A DNA stretch of 63,970 nucleotides, filler included, from Octopus bimaculoides (Eukaryota), in NCBI RefSeq assembly GCF_001194135.2. It is 7 parts of 7 records of this genome, joined end to end, with 100 filler letters (N's around TTAATTAATTAA, not from the genome) between each part and the next. Parts side by side here need not be neighbours in the genome. Positions count along the whole stretch, not along the records: positions 47,885 to 62,756 come from NC_068983.1; positions 62,857 to 63,970 come from NC_068984.1; 5 more parts are not named here. One strand, 5' to 3'. The translations under genes were made by a program, and so were the position numbers. The stretch's first letter is position 1. Each line of letters starts with the position of its first letter. Shown piece by piece: positions 62,067 through 63,970 of the stretch. The notes under the pieces were generated by a model that saw only the letters and a list, made by a program, of their open reading frames with translations, made no database searches and was not told where the DNA came from.

Positions 62067-62856
62067 AGAGAGAGAGAGAGAGAGAGAATAAAAAAACAAA
62101 CAAAAACAAAACATCATCATCATCATCGTCATCGTCGTCGTCGTCGTCAACAACAAGAGCAACAACAAAACATTAACGACAACCACAACAGCAACATTAG
62201 CATTAACAATAAACGAAATTGGAGAAGAGAATACATACCAACAATTCATTTTACGTCTAGTCTAATGTTTTCATAGATGATTGCCATGGAAACATCACTA
62301 GCTTTTTTTTCAAACAAACATCACTACTACTAACAACAACAACAACAATAACAACAACTACAGATAAAGCTTACAACCGAACTGTCTCGGATAGGAGGGA
62401 AAGGTGGGAGTGAGGGTGGAAGGGGATGACGTTGGTGAAAGACAATATCCCAAACAAAGTGTGCGCCCACCTACTTCTTGTCTGTTTATGATGAGGACGA
62501 TGGTGGTGGTGGTGGTGGTGATGGAGGTAGTGGTAGTGGTGGTGGTATTGGTGTTGGTGTCGACGAAGATGACCTCCACCACCACCACCACCAGCAACAA
62601 CTGCAAGGTGCCACCACCATTATCCTCCACCAAAATTTCAGTCATCATAATCCTCCTCCTCGTTATAATTTTTATATTCAATCATCATCATCATCATCGT
62701 CACCATCATCATCATCGTCGTCCTCCTCCTCCTCCTCCTCCTCCTCCTCCTCCTCCNNNNNNNNNNNNNNNNNNNNNNNNNNNNNNNNNNNNNNNNNNNN
62801 TTAATTAATTAANNNNNNNNNNNNNNNNNNNNNNNNNNNNNNNNNNNNNNNNNNNN

Positions 62857-62889
<33 letters not shown>

Positions 62890-63393
62890 CATAGCATAGA
62901 ATTTTGTCTGCAGTTTTTGTTCTTTAGATATTCAGTGATGTCATCATTTTTATTAGATAGATACAATCGCTTGGTATGTTAGGTTTCATTCATTTATCTT
63001 ATTTCTATGTAGATTTCAAATTGTCAAAAAATATGGAATTAGTATGGTGTTTTTTTTTATATTGAAGACTAACTGATTGTTGTTTATACTTTGAATTTCT
63101 TAAATTCTGCATAGGGATTGTTGGATTTACCTGTCATACACGAGGATTTACCTGGGATTTGTATTCTACATACATTTACTGGTATCTATTTGTTAGAAAT
63201 TTAACCTTATCCCTTTATGCCGAGTGCTTACTCGATATCTGCCGGGATTTTTTAATCCCATTTTTTAAATTCTATATATACATATACCAGTTGATAGAGT
63301 AAAGCAAGCAGAATCCAGGCTACGTATGCTTCCCAGCTTGCAGATCTTCTGATGTAATAATTATTCAACGAGGAGTACTCAGCTAGATACTCA

Positions 63394-63620
63394 TATACAA
63401 AGGCATGACAGAAATAAATAGACACCCCTTAAAACATAGTGCTATGATATTCTAATTTGTAGAGGTTTATATTTTTTTTATTAATTGACATTCTTATGTT
63501 TCAGGTTCTATTTGTAACTGTTTAATTGTGCCATGTACAAAAAAAGTATTGGAACTGTCTGAATTTCACAAAGGCCGTATTGTGGGTTATTCTGTAGGTG
63601 GACATAGTCAGCATGCAATT
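63394..63620 (+). mobile_element. Tc1-like transposon 5' end
   Basis: TIR-like tacaaaggcatgacagaaataaatagacaccc, then (V)PCTKKVLELSEFHKGRIVGYSVGGHSQHAI, a Tc1 paired-like HTH (ELSEF.RGRIVG). Confidence 0.75.
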
Positions 63621-63970
63621 AATTTAGGAATTATGAATGTAATTCATTCTCAAATAAATTATACTTCATATTCGAGACTCCGATAATGTTATAAAGGATT
63701 ATTCAGGCACTCAACTATGAGGCTACTGCATCGTATTACAGAAACAGCTGTAAACTATTGAAGTTCATAAAAATAATCATTTAGGGCTTTGTCATCTCTC
63801 TGTCTTGTTACTGCTCTATACTCGGCTAACACTTCGTTCTGAAATATACGTATATTGAGTGCTACATCAGGTTATTGGTCGGGCAATGCCTAATTGATAT
63901 ATGTATGTATGTATATACATGTATATATATATATATATGTATATATGTATATATATATATATATATATAT

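Noticed and set aside
1571-62808. Very long ORFs filled with X
   Set aside because: They are N gaps translated without stops.

Overview
This is gap-rich, repeat-dominated animal genomic DNA. It is inferred to be a coleoid cephalopod, most likely an Octopus draft assembly, from the SINE families, microsatellite load and EXOSC9 sequence; this was not verified. The only host gene I can support is the 3' half of EXOSC9 (RRP45/PM-Scl75, RNA exosome core) on the + strand. It has seven phase-compatible exons between 4452 and 14969, one cut by an assembly gap, followed by an AATAAA at 15088. The remaining ~49 kb holds four tRNA- or LINE-related SINE families, LINE relics (RTE, CR1/L2-like, RLE-type, L1/Tx1-like, two Penelope-like), Tc1/mariner/Tigger relics, microsatellites and artificial scaffold linkers. 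I found no intact novel multi-gene system. The most interesting signals are two long foldback hairpins (87-363, 55430-56101), inverted SINE pairs bracketing EXOSC9 exons, an apparently conserved SUMO-interacting motif exon in the EXOSC9 tail, and a visible SINE/LINE shared 3' end. Protein family assignments come from motifs recalled from memory, not database searches. Repeat boundaries are approximate.
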